Positions 35,799-46,255 of a stretch of DNA of 64,000 nucleotides are shown here, piece by piece. The stretch is from Actinomycetota bacterium (GTDB lineage: Bacteria; Actinomycetota; Acidimicrobiia; Acidimicrobiales; Ilumatobacteraceae). Made by a program: the position numbers and the translations under genes. Where the stretch lies: contig VFYV01000009.1 of NCBI GenBank assembly GCA_016871395.1, positions 7,457-71,456 on the forward strand. Direction: 5' to 3'. Positions within the stretch are counted from its first letter, which is position 1; each line of letters opens with the position of its first letter. The notes beneath the pieces are model-generated. The model was not told the origin of the DNA and ran no database searches. It saw only the letters and a program-made list of their open reading frames with translations.

Positions 35799-37641
35799 TC
35801 TGGCCCGCTCCAACACCTTCGAGCGCCGCGAACGGACCACAGGGGTGAGGCTTGATCCAGACGTGGATCATCGGGTTTTGATTCAACTTGATGCCGAAAC
35901 TGCACGGACCGTTCTCCGAGGTCACGCCGACGACGCGCGTGGAGCCGTGTACGAACGGGTCCTGGCTGTAGCACAGGTTGTTGTGGATGTGCCACTGGGT
36001 GAGTGGCCCGCCGATGTCGGGCACTGTTTCCAGTGAATACGAGTCGCCCATCATGTACATCGCCGACACCAGTGTCCGTTTGCCGTTGGGACCGACTTGG
36101 AACACCAGACTCTCGGGATAGTCGGGGTTCAACTCGTGCTCGTCGTTGATGTACGACCAGTTGACGTAATGCTCCACGCCGGTGGCCGAGTCCTGGATGC
36201 TGGAAAAACCGTTGGCGATCGCAATGTCGGTGGTGGCGAACTTGGGCAACACGGTGCGCGTTCGGAATACCAACTCCTCCGCGCGAGCCTGCTGAGCTGC
36301 TGACACACCGGGGAAACCGGCCAGGGTGATGCGTGGCGAGCCGTTGTCCTTGTAGCTCGGGGTCGTTGTCGTGGGTGCCGATGTCGTGGCTGCGGCAGCC
36401 GACGACGTCGCCGAACCCGCACCGTGCGACATGGCCTCATGGTCGTGCTGGCACAGGTCCCGACGTTCCTCGTCACTCACGTCGGCGCGACCCGCACCTT
36501 CCCCTTCGAGTGCGGCGAAAGGCCCGCAGGGGTGAGCGGCGATCCAGACGTGGACCATCGCGATACCGATACCGCCGAGCACCGAACCCGGGGGACACTG
36601 ACCGGCGGCATTCAACACGCCGGCCACGACGGAACGTCCTTCGGCGTTGTTGCGGAAGCACAGATTGTCGTGCACGTGCCACTGCATCAACGGGCCGGCG
36701 TAATCGGTGAGGGACGGATCATCCAGGGCCACGCCGATGTTGGCCATGAACATCGCCGAGACCAAGGTGCGCTTACTTCCCTCGGCCTTGAACACCAACG
36801 ATTCCGGTGCCGAGGGGTCGAGGAACTTGTCGTCGACGATGAGAAGACGGTTCACGAGGTGTTCGTAGCCGGTACTCTCGTCGCCGATGGACACCCAGCC
36901 CTGCGCGACCGCATCGTCGTAGTTCGCCCAGCGGGGAAGAGTCTCGAGGGTGTCGAGGATCAGATTTCGCGCCCGAGACTCTTGCTCGGCACTCACACCC
37001 TCGACACCGCCTATGTCGATGCCGGCGGCCGGATCGTACGCGCGCGGCCAGTTGGTCGAATGCGCATGGGCCTCGCCGACGTGGGGCTCCTCGACGGTGG
37101 CCACGCCCACGACGGAGGGATCAGAATGGTCGTGTGGATGCGACTCATCGATGACGTTTCCCGACGCTGTGCCCGACGAGTGATCGTGCACGTGAGTGCT
37201 GCCGGTCCACATGGCGGGCACGACCAACACCGCACACGCCATCGCCGGGTAGGAGAGACGCACCGAGGGAAGCGGGCGAGAACCGATCAGGACCGATGCC
37301 AACGCCGTGGCGGCCGCCACCGCACCGAGACCGGCGCAGATGGAGTCGGCGATTTGAGGTCGCTCGGCCACGCCGAGCCCGTCGATCCAGGAGATGCCCG
37401 AGATACGTGTCAGCAACCATCCACCGACGGCGGCACCGTTGATCAAGATGCCGGCCGGAATGAGCACGACTCGCGGGGCCAAGAGCATCATCAACCCCCA
37501 GCCCACTTGGAGCAAGGTCATCACGATGAAGATGCGTGCCAGTTGGGGGTGCTCGGCGTGCAGACCGATGGCGCCACCGTGAATGATGCCCGCGGCCAAC
37601 GAGGACAGACCGGCGACAGCGATACCCGGATGACGATTCAC
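35749..37641 (-). CDS. Membrane protein with His-cluster linker and two tandem copies of an unrecognised Cys/His-rich ~195-aa domain
   Basis: The 630-aa ORF starts at GTG 37641. Residues 1-147 form about 5 hydrophobic helices. Residues 150-194 contain 9 His in HxHxH-type clusters. Residues ~208-407 and ~437-630 align colinearly, sharing blocks such as PESLVF, KRTLVSAM, GPLxQWHxHxNLC and HVWIxxHPCGPFAALEGxGAG. The frame has a strong G/C third-position bias. Confidence 0.8.
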   Translation of the reverse strand: MNRHPGIAVAGLSSLAAGIIHGGAIGLHAEHPQLARIFIVMTLLQVGWGLMMLLAPRVVLIPAGILINGAAVGGWLLTRISGISWIDGLGVAERPQIADSICAGLGAVAAATALASVLIGSRPLPSVRLSYPAMACAVLVVPAMWTGSTHVHDHSSGTASGNVIDESHPHDHSDPSVVGVATVEEPHVGEAHAHSTNWPRAYDPAAGIDIGGVEGVSAEQESRARNLILDTLETLPRWANYDDAVAQGWVSIGDESTGYEHLVNRLLIVDDKFLDPSAPESLVFKAEGSKRTLVSAMFMANIGVALDDPSLTDYAGPLMQWHVHDNLCFRNNAEGRSVVAGVLNAAGQCPPGSVLGGIGIAMVHVWIAAHPCGPFAALEGEGAGRADVSDEERRDLCQHDHEAMSHGAGSATSSAAAATTSAPTTTTPSYKDNGSPRITLAGFPGVSAAQQARAEELVFRTRTVLPKFATTDIAIANGFSSIQDSATGVEHYVNWSYINDEHELNPDYPESLVFQVGPNGKRTLVSAMYMMGDSYSLETVPDIGGPLTQWHIHNNLCYSQDPFVHGSTRVVGVTSENGPCSFGIKLNQNPMIHVWIKPHPCGPFAALEGVGAGQIKPGEERLCDEVHSHG

Positions 37642-37686
37642 ACCAAAACGCTACACCTAAACTGGTTGGACCTGATGGTGGTGCGT

Positions 37687-38448
37687 TCAGAAATCGACAG
37701 CGGCCAGAACCGCATCGGCCAGTTCGTTTCGGCACACCACGAGATCGGGTAGCCACAGGGATTCCTGGTTGTAGACGAGTGGACTGCCGTCGATCCGGCT
37801 GACGTGGAGGCCGGCGGCCCGAGCCACGGCCGCCGGCGCGGCGGAGTCCCACTGGTACATGCCGCCGTCGTGAACGTAAATGTCGGCCTCACCCATGACA
37901 ACGGCCATGGTCTTGGCCCCGGCCGAGCCGAGTCGACCAACGTCGCAGTCGAGCGCCTTGGCCACGCGAGCCGCGGAGTAGGAGTTGCGTGACCGCGACG
38001 TCACCAGGATCGGGCGTTCGCGTTCGACCGCGGGAAGGGTCGGAGCCGGATCCGTGCTGAAGATCAGGTCGAGGGCTGGCATGCTGACCGCAGCGGCGGT
38101 CAGGGACTCTCGTTCCCAGAGGGCGATGTGGATGGCCCAGTCGAAGCGGGGCGGTTCGGCGAATTCGTTGGTGCCGTCGATGGGGTCGATGATCCACACG
38201 CGGTCCGCCTGCAGACGACGGCGGTTGTCGGCGCCCTCCTCGGACAGGATCAGGTCGTCGGGACGCGCGGCTTTGAGAGCCGAGACGAGAAAGCGATGAC
38301 CGGCGACGTCACCCTCGTCCTTCAGATCCCAGTAGTGGATTCCCTCGCGCACGAGTTCGTCGCGCAACTGAACCAACATTCGTCCGGCCTCGACGGCCAG
38401 GCGAGTGGCGAGCTCCTGATCGGTTTCTCGTGCGCCGCCGTCGGTCAC
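37687..38448 (-). CDS. cysQ: 3'(2'),5'-bisphosphate nucleotidase / inositol monophosphatase family (CysQ-like)
   Basis: Family motifs are LSEEGADN and WIIDPIDGTNEF, plus C-terminal WDSAAP. There is a GTGA overlap with the upstream small gene. Confidence 0.82.
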   Translation of the reverse strand: MTDGGARETDQELATRLAVEAGRMLVQLRDELVREGIHYWDLKDEGDVAGHRFLVSALKAARPDDLILSEEGADNRRRLQADRVWIIDPIDGTNEFAEPPRFDWAIHIALWERESLTAAAVSMPALDLIFSTDPAPTLPAVERERPILVTSRSRNSYSAARVAKALDCDVGRLGSAGAKTMAVVMGEADIYVHDGGMYQWDSAAPAAVARAAGLHVSRIDGSPLVYNQESLWLPDLVVCRNELADAVLAAVDF

Positions 38449-38758
38449 TGGCCGCGACCCAGTTTCAGGGAGGCTTTCACCAACTCCCGCAACTCGTTTT
38501 CGTCGACACCCGCCGCCGTCAGTCGCGCGATCCGAGCCTCGATCGCCTCGGCGTCGGCTTCATCGAATTCGGGGAGGCGCCGATTGGCCGTCACGAGCGA
38601 CACGACGATGAGGATGACCGCCGCCGAGGCTCCGTACAGACCGATCGTGAGAACCCAGCCCTCGTTGTTGCCCGCGATCGACGAAATGATCAAACCGGCG
38701 ATACACGACACGAAGACGAACGCGCAGGCGACGCGGACGAAGCGAACCGAGGTCGACA

Positions 38759-38759
<1 letters not shown>
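38445..38759 (-). CDS. Small membrane protein (104 aa, two TM segments plus acidic helical tail)
   Basis: The ATG at 38759 shares one nt with the ettA stop (TGATG), and the stop overlaps the cysQ start. The sequence is MSTSVRFVRVACAFVFVSCIAGLIISSIAG...LYGASAAVILIVVSLV. The upstream part of track ORF 38445..38924 lies inside ettA. Confidence 0.6.
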
Positions 38760-40435
<1,676 letters not shown>

Positions 40436-40587
40436 GGCAAGCCTCCGAGGGTCAAGGCTAGTGCCCGATGTCGGAGGGCCTCTGGCCCGTCGCGAACTCT
40501 CGGACGACATCAACCCGTGTCGCATCGCGGTTTGGTACCTTGAAAAGGTCCGTGTGCTCTCGGGCGGACATCTCGAAGGAGGAACTC

Positions 40588-41346
40588 ATGGAAATTTTGA
40601 CCCAGGACGGTTTTTCGCACTTCTTGCGGGCGCTGCACGTGCTGGCCGGTATCGGCTGGATCGGACTGCTCTACTACTTCAACCTCGTGCAAGTGCCGGC
40701 CTTCGCCGCGTACGGCGACGAGGGTAAGGCGCGCAACATCTCCATCGACAAGTTGGCTCGCCGGGCCTTGTGGTGGTTCCGCTGGGCCGCCGTCGTCACG
40801 CTCGTCCTGGGCCTGCTCCTCATCGGAGTGACCGAGAACTACATGCAGGACTTCATGAGCGGAAACGAATCCAACGACTTGGCGCACGATGCCACCATCT
40901 TCGTCGGCATGATTCTCGGTATCACCATGGCCGCCAACGTGTGGATGGTCATCTGGAAGAACCAGAAGATCGTGCTGGCCAACGCCGCCAACGTGCTCGC
41001 CGGAGGCGAGGCTGACCCCGGTGCCGCAGCGGCGGGTCGCCGCGCGCTGTTGGCCAGTCGCCAGAACATGATTTTCTCCTTCTCGATGTTGTGGTTCATG
41101 GTTGGACCGGCGCACTTCTACCCCCTCTTCGGCGAGAACGGGTCAGCGGGAAATGCGTGGACTTTTGTCATCATCGCCGCGGTGATCGGGGCGATCCTGC
41201 AGTTGAACGCCTTGGGCAAACTGGGTGGCACCGCCAATACCAACAAGTTGCTGTGGCCCTACGAGAACCACAAGAACGCCATGATCACCGGGGGGATCGT
41301 GTTCGTGATCCTCTACCTGCTCAGTGAGGCGTTACTCAAGGCCTGA
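40588..41346 (+). CDS. Integral membrane protein (resembles the membrane domain of urate hydroxylase PuuD-type proteins)
   Basis: The ATG at 40588 has a strong GAAGGAGGA Shine-Dalgarno. TM1 carries LRALHVLAGIGWIGLLYYFNLVQVP, with a conserved-looking His, and there are about 6 hydrophobic segments. The family call is tentative. Confidence 0.72.
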   Translation: MEILTQDGFSHFLRALHVLAGIGWIGLLYYFNLVQVPAFAAYGDEGKARNISIDKLARRALWWFRWAAVVTLVLGLLLIGVTENYMQDFMSGNESNDLAHDATIFVGMILGITMAANVWMVIWKNQKIVLANAANVLAGGEADPGAAAAGRRALLASRQNMIFSFSMLWFMVGPAHFYPLFGENGSAGNAWTFVIIAAVIGAILQLNALGKLGGTANTNKLLWPYENHKNAMITGGIVFVILYLLSEALLKA

Positions 41347-41376
41347 GCGCTCCGCTTCGGCCCCTGATCCAAAGAG

Positions 41377-41402
41377 AAGGACCGCCCGTCGGGGCGGTCC
41401 TT
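41377..41402. terminator. Bidirectional intrinsic-terminator-like hairpin
   Basis: Perfect 11-bp GC-rich stem aaggaccgccc (41377-41387) / gggcggtcctt (41392-41402) with the 4-nt loop gtcg. It is centred between convergent stops at 41346 (+) and 41426 (-). Confidence 0.6.
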
Positions 41403-41425
41403 GTCCTACTCGGTGGTCGTTCGTG

Positions 41426-41824
41426 TCAGGACACCGTGAGCACGCTGTTCATGTTCCCGTGACCGGGAATGGTGCAGTACAACGAGTACTCGCCGGCATC
41501 GAGGGTGATCGTTCCTCGATCGGTGTCCCCGCGATCGTTCACCACCAACTCCAGGTCGCCCACGACTTTGTCATCCTGCAGCACGACGAGAACATGCTTC
41601 ACGCTGTCGTCATTGGCCAAGAACACATCGATCTCACCGGCCGATGCGGTGTACGTGTTGGCGTCCCAGCGGATGTTGGGCACCGCTTTGACGACTAATC
41701 CGACCCCGGCGGGAACGCTGTAGTCCGGAGTGCTCGAACTTGCGCCGCCACAGGCTGCCAGGAGAGCCGAGCCGCAGGTGACCCCGACGAGAGAGACGGG
41801 GCGAAGGCGACGCTTGAGCAACAT
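41426..41824 (-). CDS. Cupredoxin (type-1 blue copper) lipoprotein
   Basis: The ATG at 41824 gives MLLKRRLRPVSLVGVTCGSALLAACGG, a signal peptide with a lipobox. The C-terminal YSLYCTIPGHGNM supplies the Cys-His-Met copper ligands, with an upstream His in VKHVLVV. Confidence 0.8.
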   Translation of the reverse strand: MLLKRRLRPVSLVGVTCGSALLAACGGASSSTPDYSVPAGVGLVVKAVPNIRWDANTYTASAGEIDVFLANDDSVKHVLVVLQDDKVVGDLELVVNDRGDTDRGTITLDAGEYSLYCTIPGHGNMNSVLTVS

Positions 41825-41946
41825 AAAAAGAATGTACAAGTGGCGACTTGCGAAAATCAACGCAATGCCTGTGCGAGCGGTCACGCGGGTCGGTTCTGCG
41901 GACATAACTCCGCAGGTGCGCGTGCAGGGACGGGTACAGTTTCCCC

Positions 41947-44900
41947 GTGTCCGAAACGCTGATACCCCCGTCTGACGCACAGCCCGACTTCGGGGCCAAC
42001 TCCTGGCTCGTGGAGGAGATGTACGAGCAATTCCGCCTCGATCCGACCTCGGTCGGGGAGTCCTGGCGCGAGTTCTTCTCGGACTACAAGTCCCTGACCT
42101 CCGGAGCCGGCCAGGGGGTCACGACTCCCGGGAGAACGTCGTCCGAGGTGGCGAGCGTCAGCACGTCCGCCCCGAGACCGGCGGCCCCGGTCGTCACGAA
42201 CGACGCGGGCGAGCCGATCAAGGGAGCCGGCGTGGCCATCGTGGCCAACATGGAACGCAGCCTCACCGTTCCGACCGCCACCAGTTTCCGCAACATCCCG
42301 GCCAAGTTGCTCGAGGTCAACCGCTCGGTCATCAACGGTTATCGCAGTCGCACCGGACAGAGCAAGGTCAGTTTCACCCACCTCATTGCCTACGCGATCG
42401 TGCGCGCGATCGCCGACGCGGTGCCACAAATGAACAACGCCTACCTCGAGGGTCCTGATGGAAAGCCTCGTATCGTCCGCAACGCGCACGTCAGCATGGG
42501 TCTCGCGGTCGACGTGGTCAAGTCCGACGCGAGCCGCCATCTCGTGGTGCCCGTCTTGCGCGATGCCGACACGATCTCCTTCGCCGACTTCGTCGTGGCC
42601 TACGAGGATCTGGTGCGCAAGGTCAAGCAGAACAAACTCCAAGTCTCCGATTTTCAGGGTGCGACCATCAGCGTCACGAACCCGGGCACCCTCGGCACTG
42701 TGCAGAGTGTGCCGCGCTTGATGCCCGGGCAGGGCGTCATCGTCGGCGTTGGTTCCATCGATTACCCGGCCGAATTCCAAGGTGCCGACGAGCGTGCTCT
42801 GGCCACCCTCGGAGTCTCCAAGGTCATCACCGTCACGTCCACGTACGACCACCGCATCATTCAGGGCGCCGAAAGCGGGTTGTTCCTGCGGCGGGTGCAC
42901 GAGTTGCTGTTGGGTGAGCACGGTTTTTACGAGTCGGTCTTCCGCAGCCTCGGGGTGCCCTACGAGGCCGTGAAGTGGCGCATCGACATCAATCCGATGG
43001 ACAGCGAAGAGGCCATGCTGCACAAGCAGATGCAGGTCGCCACCCTCATCCGCGTTCACCGCGTGCGCGGACACCTGATCGCCGACCTCGACCCGTTGCG
43101 ATGGAAGGAGCCCAAGCTCCCGGTCGAACTCGATCCCCTCACGTACGGGCTCTCGATCTGGGACCTCGACCGCGAATTTCTCACCGGAGGGGTCGCCGGG
43201 ACCACCAAGATGCCGCTCGGCGATTTGCTCGGAGTGTTGCGCGACGCCTACTGCCGCACCATCGGTGTGGAATACATGCACATTCAGGACACCGACGAAC
43301 AGCGTTGGATCCAGTCGCACTTCGAGGGCGTGTCCTTCCAGTTGTCCAAGGAGGAGAAGCACCGCGTGCTGGAGCGATTGAACGCCGCCGAGGCCTTCGA
43401 GAAGTTCCTCGCCACCAAGTATGTGGGCACCAAGCGTTTCGGGTTGGAGGGCGCCGAGAGCGCCGTCCCGATCATGGACGAGATTCTCTCGCGCGCGGCG
43501 AACGCTGGTCTCGATTCCACGGTGATCGGGATGGCTCACCGCGGACGCCTGAACATCTTGGCCAACGTGATGGGAAAGAGCCTCGAGCACATCTTCAAGG
43601 AGTTCGAGGGCTACGTCGACCCGTCGGCGGTGCAGGGTTCCGGTGACGTGAAGTATCACCTCGCGGCCTCCGGTCACCATCACAGCCCGGCGGGTAACGA
43701 GATCAAGATCGAACTCGCCGCCAACCCCAGCCACCTCGAAACCGTGGATCCGCTGGTGTTGGGCATGGTGCGCGCGCGCCAGGATCAAATCGATCCGCCG
43801 GGTTCCTTCCCCGCCTTGCCCATCCTCATCCACGGCGACGCCGCGTTCGCCGGTCAGGGCGTGGTCGCCGAGTGTCTCGGTATGAGCGACATCAACGGCT
43901 ATCGCGTCGGCGGAACCATCCACCTCATCATCAACAACCAGATCGGCTTCACCACGTCACCGCTGTTTGCGCGGTCGTCGTTGTACTGCAGCGACGTGGC
44001 CAAGATGGTCCAAGCCCCGATCTTCCACGTGAACGGTGACGATCCCGAGGCCTGTGTGCGCGTGGCCCGATTGGCTTGGGAGTACCGCCAGCGTTTTCAC
44101 AAGGACGTCGTCATCGACATGGTGTGCTACCGCCGCCACGGTCACAATGAAGGTGACGATCCCAGTTACACGCAACCTCTCATGTACAAGGCCATCGCCG
44201 ACAAGCGCAGCGTGCGAAAGTTGTACGTCGAGACTCTGGTGGGTCGTGGAGATATCACGCTCGAGGAAGCCGAACAGGCCCTCGACGACTTCCGACGTAA
44301 GTTTCAGGTGGCCCTGGACGAGACTCGTGCTCACGCGCCGGCGCCCTCCAAAGTGGCCAAGCCGCCCCGACCGGTCGGCGTGTTGCCCCACGTGAACACC
44401 GGTGTCGAGCGAGCGATCCTGGATCGCGTCTTTTCACAACTCACCAACTACCCGGCCGACTTCACCCCCCATCCCAAGTTGGTCAAGCAGTTCGAAATGC
44501 GCGCCAAGGCCTACAAAGAGCAAGGTGACATCGAATGGGCCACCGGAGAGGCGTTGGCCTTCGGGTCATTGGTGCTCGAGGGCTGCCCCGTTCGCTTGGC
44601 TGGCGAGGATTCGCGCCGAGGAACGTTCAGTCAACGCCACGCCGTTCTCATCGACAACATCAACGAGCGCGTCTGGATCCCTCTGTCGGAGTTGCCGGGT
44701 GCCGAGAAGTTCTGGGTGTACGACTCGTTGCTGTCCGAGTACGCCGCGCTCGGATTCGAGTACGGGTACGCCCACGCCAACCCGGAGGCTCTCGTACTGT
44801 GGGAGGCGCAGTTCGGTGATTTCGTCAACGGCGCTCAGATCATCATCGACCAGTACATCGTGGCCGCCGAGGACAAGTGGAATCAGCACAACGCACTCGT

Positions 44901-45558
44901 CATGCTCTTGCCGCACGGCTACGAGGGCCAAGGCCCCGAACACAGTTCGGCTCGCATCGAAAGATTCCTCACTCTGTGCGCCGAGGACAACATTCAAGTC
45001 GTGAACGCCACCACGGCCGCGCAGTATTTCCACGTTCTCCGTCGCCAGATGCACCGTGAGGTGCGCAAGCCGTTGGTGATTTTCACACCCAAGGCACCTC
45101 TTCGAATGAAAGAGTCGCGCTCGCGCATCAGCGAACTGGAACCTGGGACCTCGTTCCACGAGGTGCTCGACGACCCCGCGATCACCGACCGCGCCGCGGT
45201 GAGGCGCGTGGTTTTTTGTTCGGGCAAGGTGGCGTGGGACGCGATGGCCGAGCGCCACAAGCGCAACGCGCCGCTGGCGGTCGTTCGCGTGGAGCAGTTG
45301 TATCCGTTCCCGATCGAGCAGATGGCCGACATCCTCGCCCGTTACCCCCAAGCTCGCGAAGTGGTGTGGCTGCAGGAGGAGCCGAGCAACATGGGGCCGT
45401 GGCACTTCGTCGAACATCGCCTGTGGCGAATCAAGGACCAGGGTTACGACCTGCGACGCGTGGCGCGCGTGGCCAGTGGTAGCCCGGCCACCGGCTCCAA
45501 GACCGTGCACGATCAGGAGTTGGCCGAGTTGATGGACGAAATCTTTCGAGATCTCTGA
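41947..45558 (+). CDS. kgd: Multifunctional 2-oxoglutarate dehydrogenase/decarboxylase E1 with fused E2-like acyltransferase domain (Kgd/OdhA type)
   Basis: This is a 1203-aa ORF. The N-terminus is FGANSWLVEEMYEQF. An E2-like catalytic segment (TSTYDHRIIQGAESG) is followed by a ThDP-dependent E1 region (GMAHRGRLNILANV, HGDAAFAGQGVV, LLPHGYEGQGPEHSSARIERFL). Confidence 0.92.
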   Translation: MSETLIPPSDAQPDFGANSWLVEEMYEQFRLDPTSVGESWREFFSDYKSLTSGAGQGVTTPGRTSSEVASVSTSAPRPAAPVVTNDAGEPIKGAGVAIVANMERSLTVPTATSFRNIPAKLLEVNRSVINGYRSRTGQSKVSFTHLIAYAIVRAIADAVPQMNNAYLEGPDGKPRIVRNAHVSMGLAVDVVKSDASRHLVVPVLRDADTISFADFVVAYEDLVRKVKQNKLQVSDFQGATISVTNPGTLGTVQSVPRLMPGQGVIVGVGSIDYPAEFQGADERALATLGVSKVITVTSTYDHRIIQGAESGLFLRRVHELLLGEHGFYESVFRSLGVPYEAVKWRIDINPMDSEEAMLHKQMQVATLIRVHRVRGHLIADLDPLRWKEPKLPVELDPLTYGLSIWDLDREFLTGGVAGTTKMPLGDLLGVLRDAYCRTIGVEYMHIQDTDEQRWIQSHFEGVSFQLSKEEKHRVLERLNAAEAFEKFLATKYVGTKRFGLEGAESAVPIMDEILSRAANAGLDSTVIGMAHRGRLNILANVMGKSLEHIFKEFEGYVDPSAVQGSGDVKYHLAASGHHHSPAGNEIKIELAANPSHLETVDPLVLGMVRARQDQIDPPGSFPALPILIHGDAAFAGQGVVAECLGMSDINGYRVGGTIHLIINNQIGFTTSPLFARSSLYCSDVAKMVQAPIFHVNGDDPEACVRVARLAWEYRQRFHKDVVIDMVCYRRHGHNEGDDPSYTQPLMYKAIADKRSVRKLYVETLVGRGDITLEEAEQALDDFRRKFQVALDETRAHAPAPSKVAKPPRPVGVLPHVNTGVERAILDRVFSQLTNYPADFTPHPKLVKQFEMRAKAYKEQGDIEWATGEALAFGSLVLEGCPVRLAGEDSRRGTFSQRHAVLIDNINERVWIPLSELPGAEKFWVYDSLLSEYAALGFEYGYAHANPEALVLWEAQFGDFVNGAQIIIDQYIVAAEDKWNQHNALVMLLPHGYEGQGPEHSSARIERFLTLCAEDNIQVVNATTAAQYFHVLRRQMHREVRKPLVIFTPKAPLRMKESRSRISELEPGTSFHEVLDDPAITDRAAVRRVVFCSGKVAWDAMAERHKRNAPLAVVRVEQLYPFPIEQMADILARYPQAREVVWLQEEPSNMGPWHFVEHRLWRIKDQGYDLRRVARVASGSPATGSKTVHDQELAELMDEIFRDL

Positions 45559-45584
45559 CCATCGGCCCACCGCTTCGATCGCCC

Positions 45585-46244
45585 TCAGCGCAACGTCACA
45601 CCGAGGATCGCCTCCAGATCGTCGATCGCCTGTTCGGACTGCACCACCTTGATGGTGCGCATCCCCATGGCGGCCGCCGGCTTCAGATTGACCCCCAAAT
45701 CGTCGAGGAACACGCACTCGGCAGGCGAGACCGCCAACATTCCGCAGGCGATCTCGTAGAAGCGAGGCTCGGGCTTGCGCACGCCCACCTTCGAGCTCTC
45801 GACGATGACGTCGAAGCGCTCCATGACGACGTCGATCTCGGTCTGACGATCGGAGGCTGGTCGCTCGCCGACGGCGTTCGCGCCCGCCATGTTGTTCGTC
45901 AGGCAGGCGGTCTTGTAACCGGCGGCCTTCACCAGGTCCAGGGCGCGCACCATCTCCGGACGGATCTCGCCGTCCAACATCATCAAGACGTCGGCTCCTC
46001 GAATCGAAAACCCGATTTTCGATGCCTCGGCGGCAAAGGCGCTGTCGAATTCGCGGGCCGAGATGTCGCTGCGCTCGAAACGTGCCCACGCATTGGTGTC
46101 GGGGTCGGTGGCGTTGATGCGTCGGATGGTGTCCCGGGGAACCCCGAGTCGGCCCTCCAACCGATTGAAGGCTTCGAAGGGGCTCGTGAGGATCACCCCG
46201 CCGAAGTCCCAGAGAACGGCCGAAATCTTGGTTGAACCAGTCAC
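45585..46244 (-). CDS. HAD-superfamily hydrolase (subfamily IA, epoxide-hydrolase-N-terminal-like phosphatase)
   Basis: HAD motif I is AVLWDFGGVIL, motif II is LTNN, and motif III/IV is K...FLDDLGVNL. The start is GTG 46244. Confidence 0.8.
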   Translation of the reverse strand: MTGSTKISAVLWDFGGVILTSPFEAFNRLEGRLGVPRDTIRRINATDPDTNAWARFERSDISAREFDSAFAAEASKIGFSIRGADVLMMLDGEIRPEMVRALDLVKAAGYKTACLTNNMAGANAVGERPASDRQTEIDVVMERFDVIVESSKVGVRKPEPRFYEIACGMLAVSPAECVFLDDLGVNLKPAAAMGMRTIKVVQSEQAIDDLEAILGVTLR

Positions 46245-46255
46245 ATTCCGATCGT

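Noticed and set aside
41896-41915. A 7-bp stem hairpin (ctgcgga cataac tccgcag) 32 nt upstream of the kgd start.
   Set aside because: The stem is short with no flanking conserved features. It could be a 5'-UTR structure, but I have no evidence for that, and no riboswitch class is recognisable.
41881-43923. A 680-aa minus-strand ORF that looks like a large gene.
   Set aside because: It lies entirely antisense to the strongly supported kgd gene. Its translation is Gly/Arg/Asp/His/Val-rich with no motifs, which is typical of open antisense frames in high-GC DNA.
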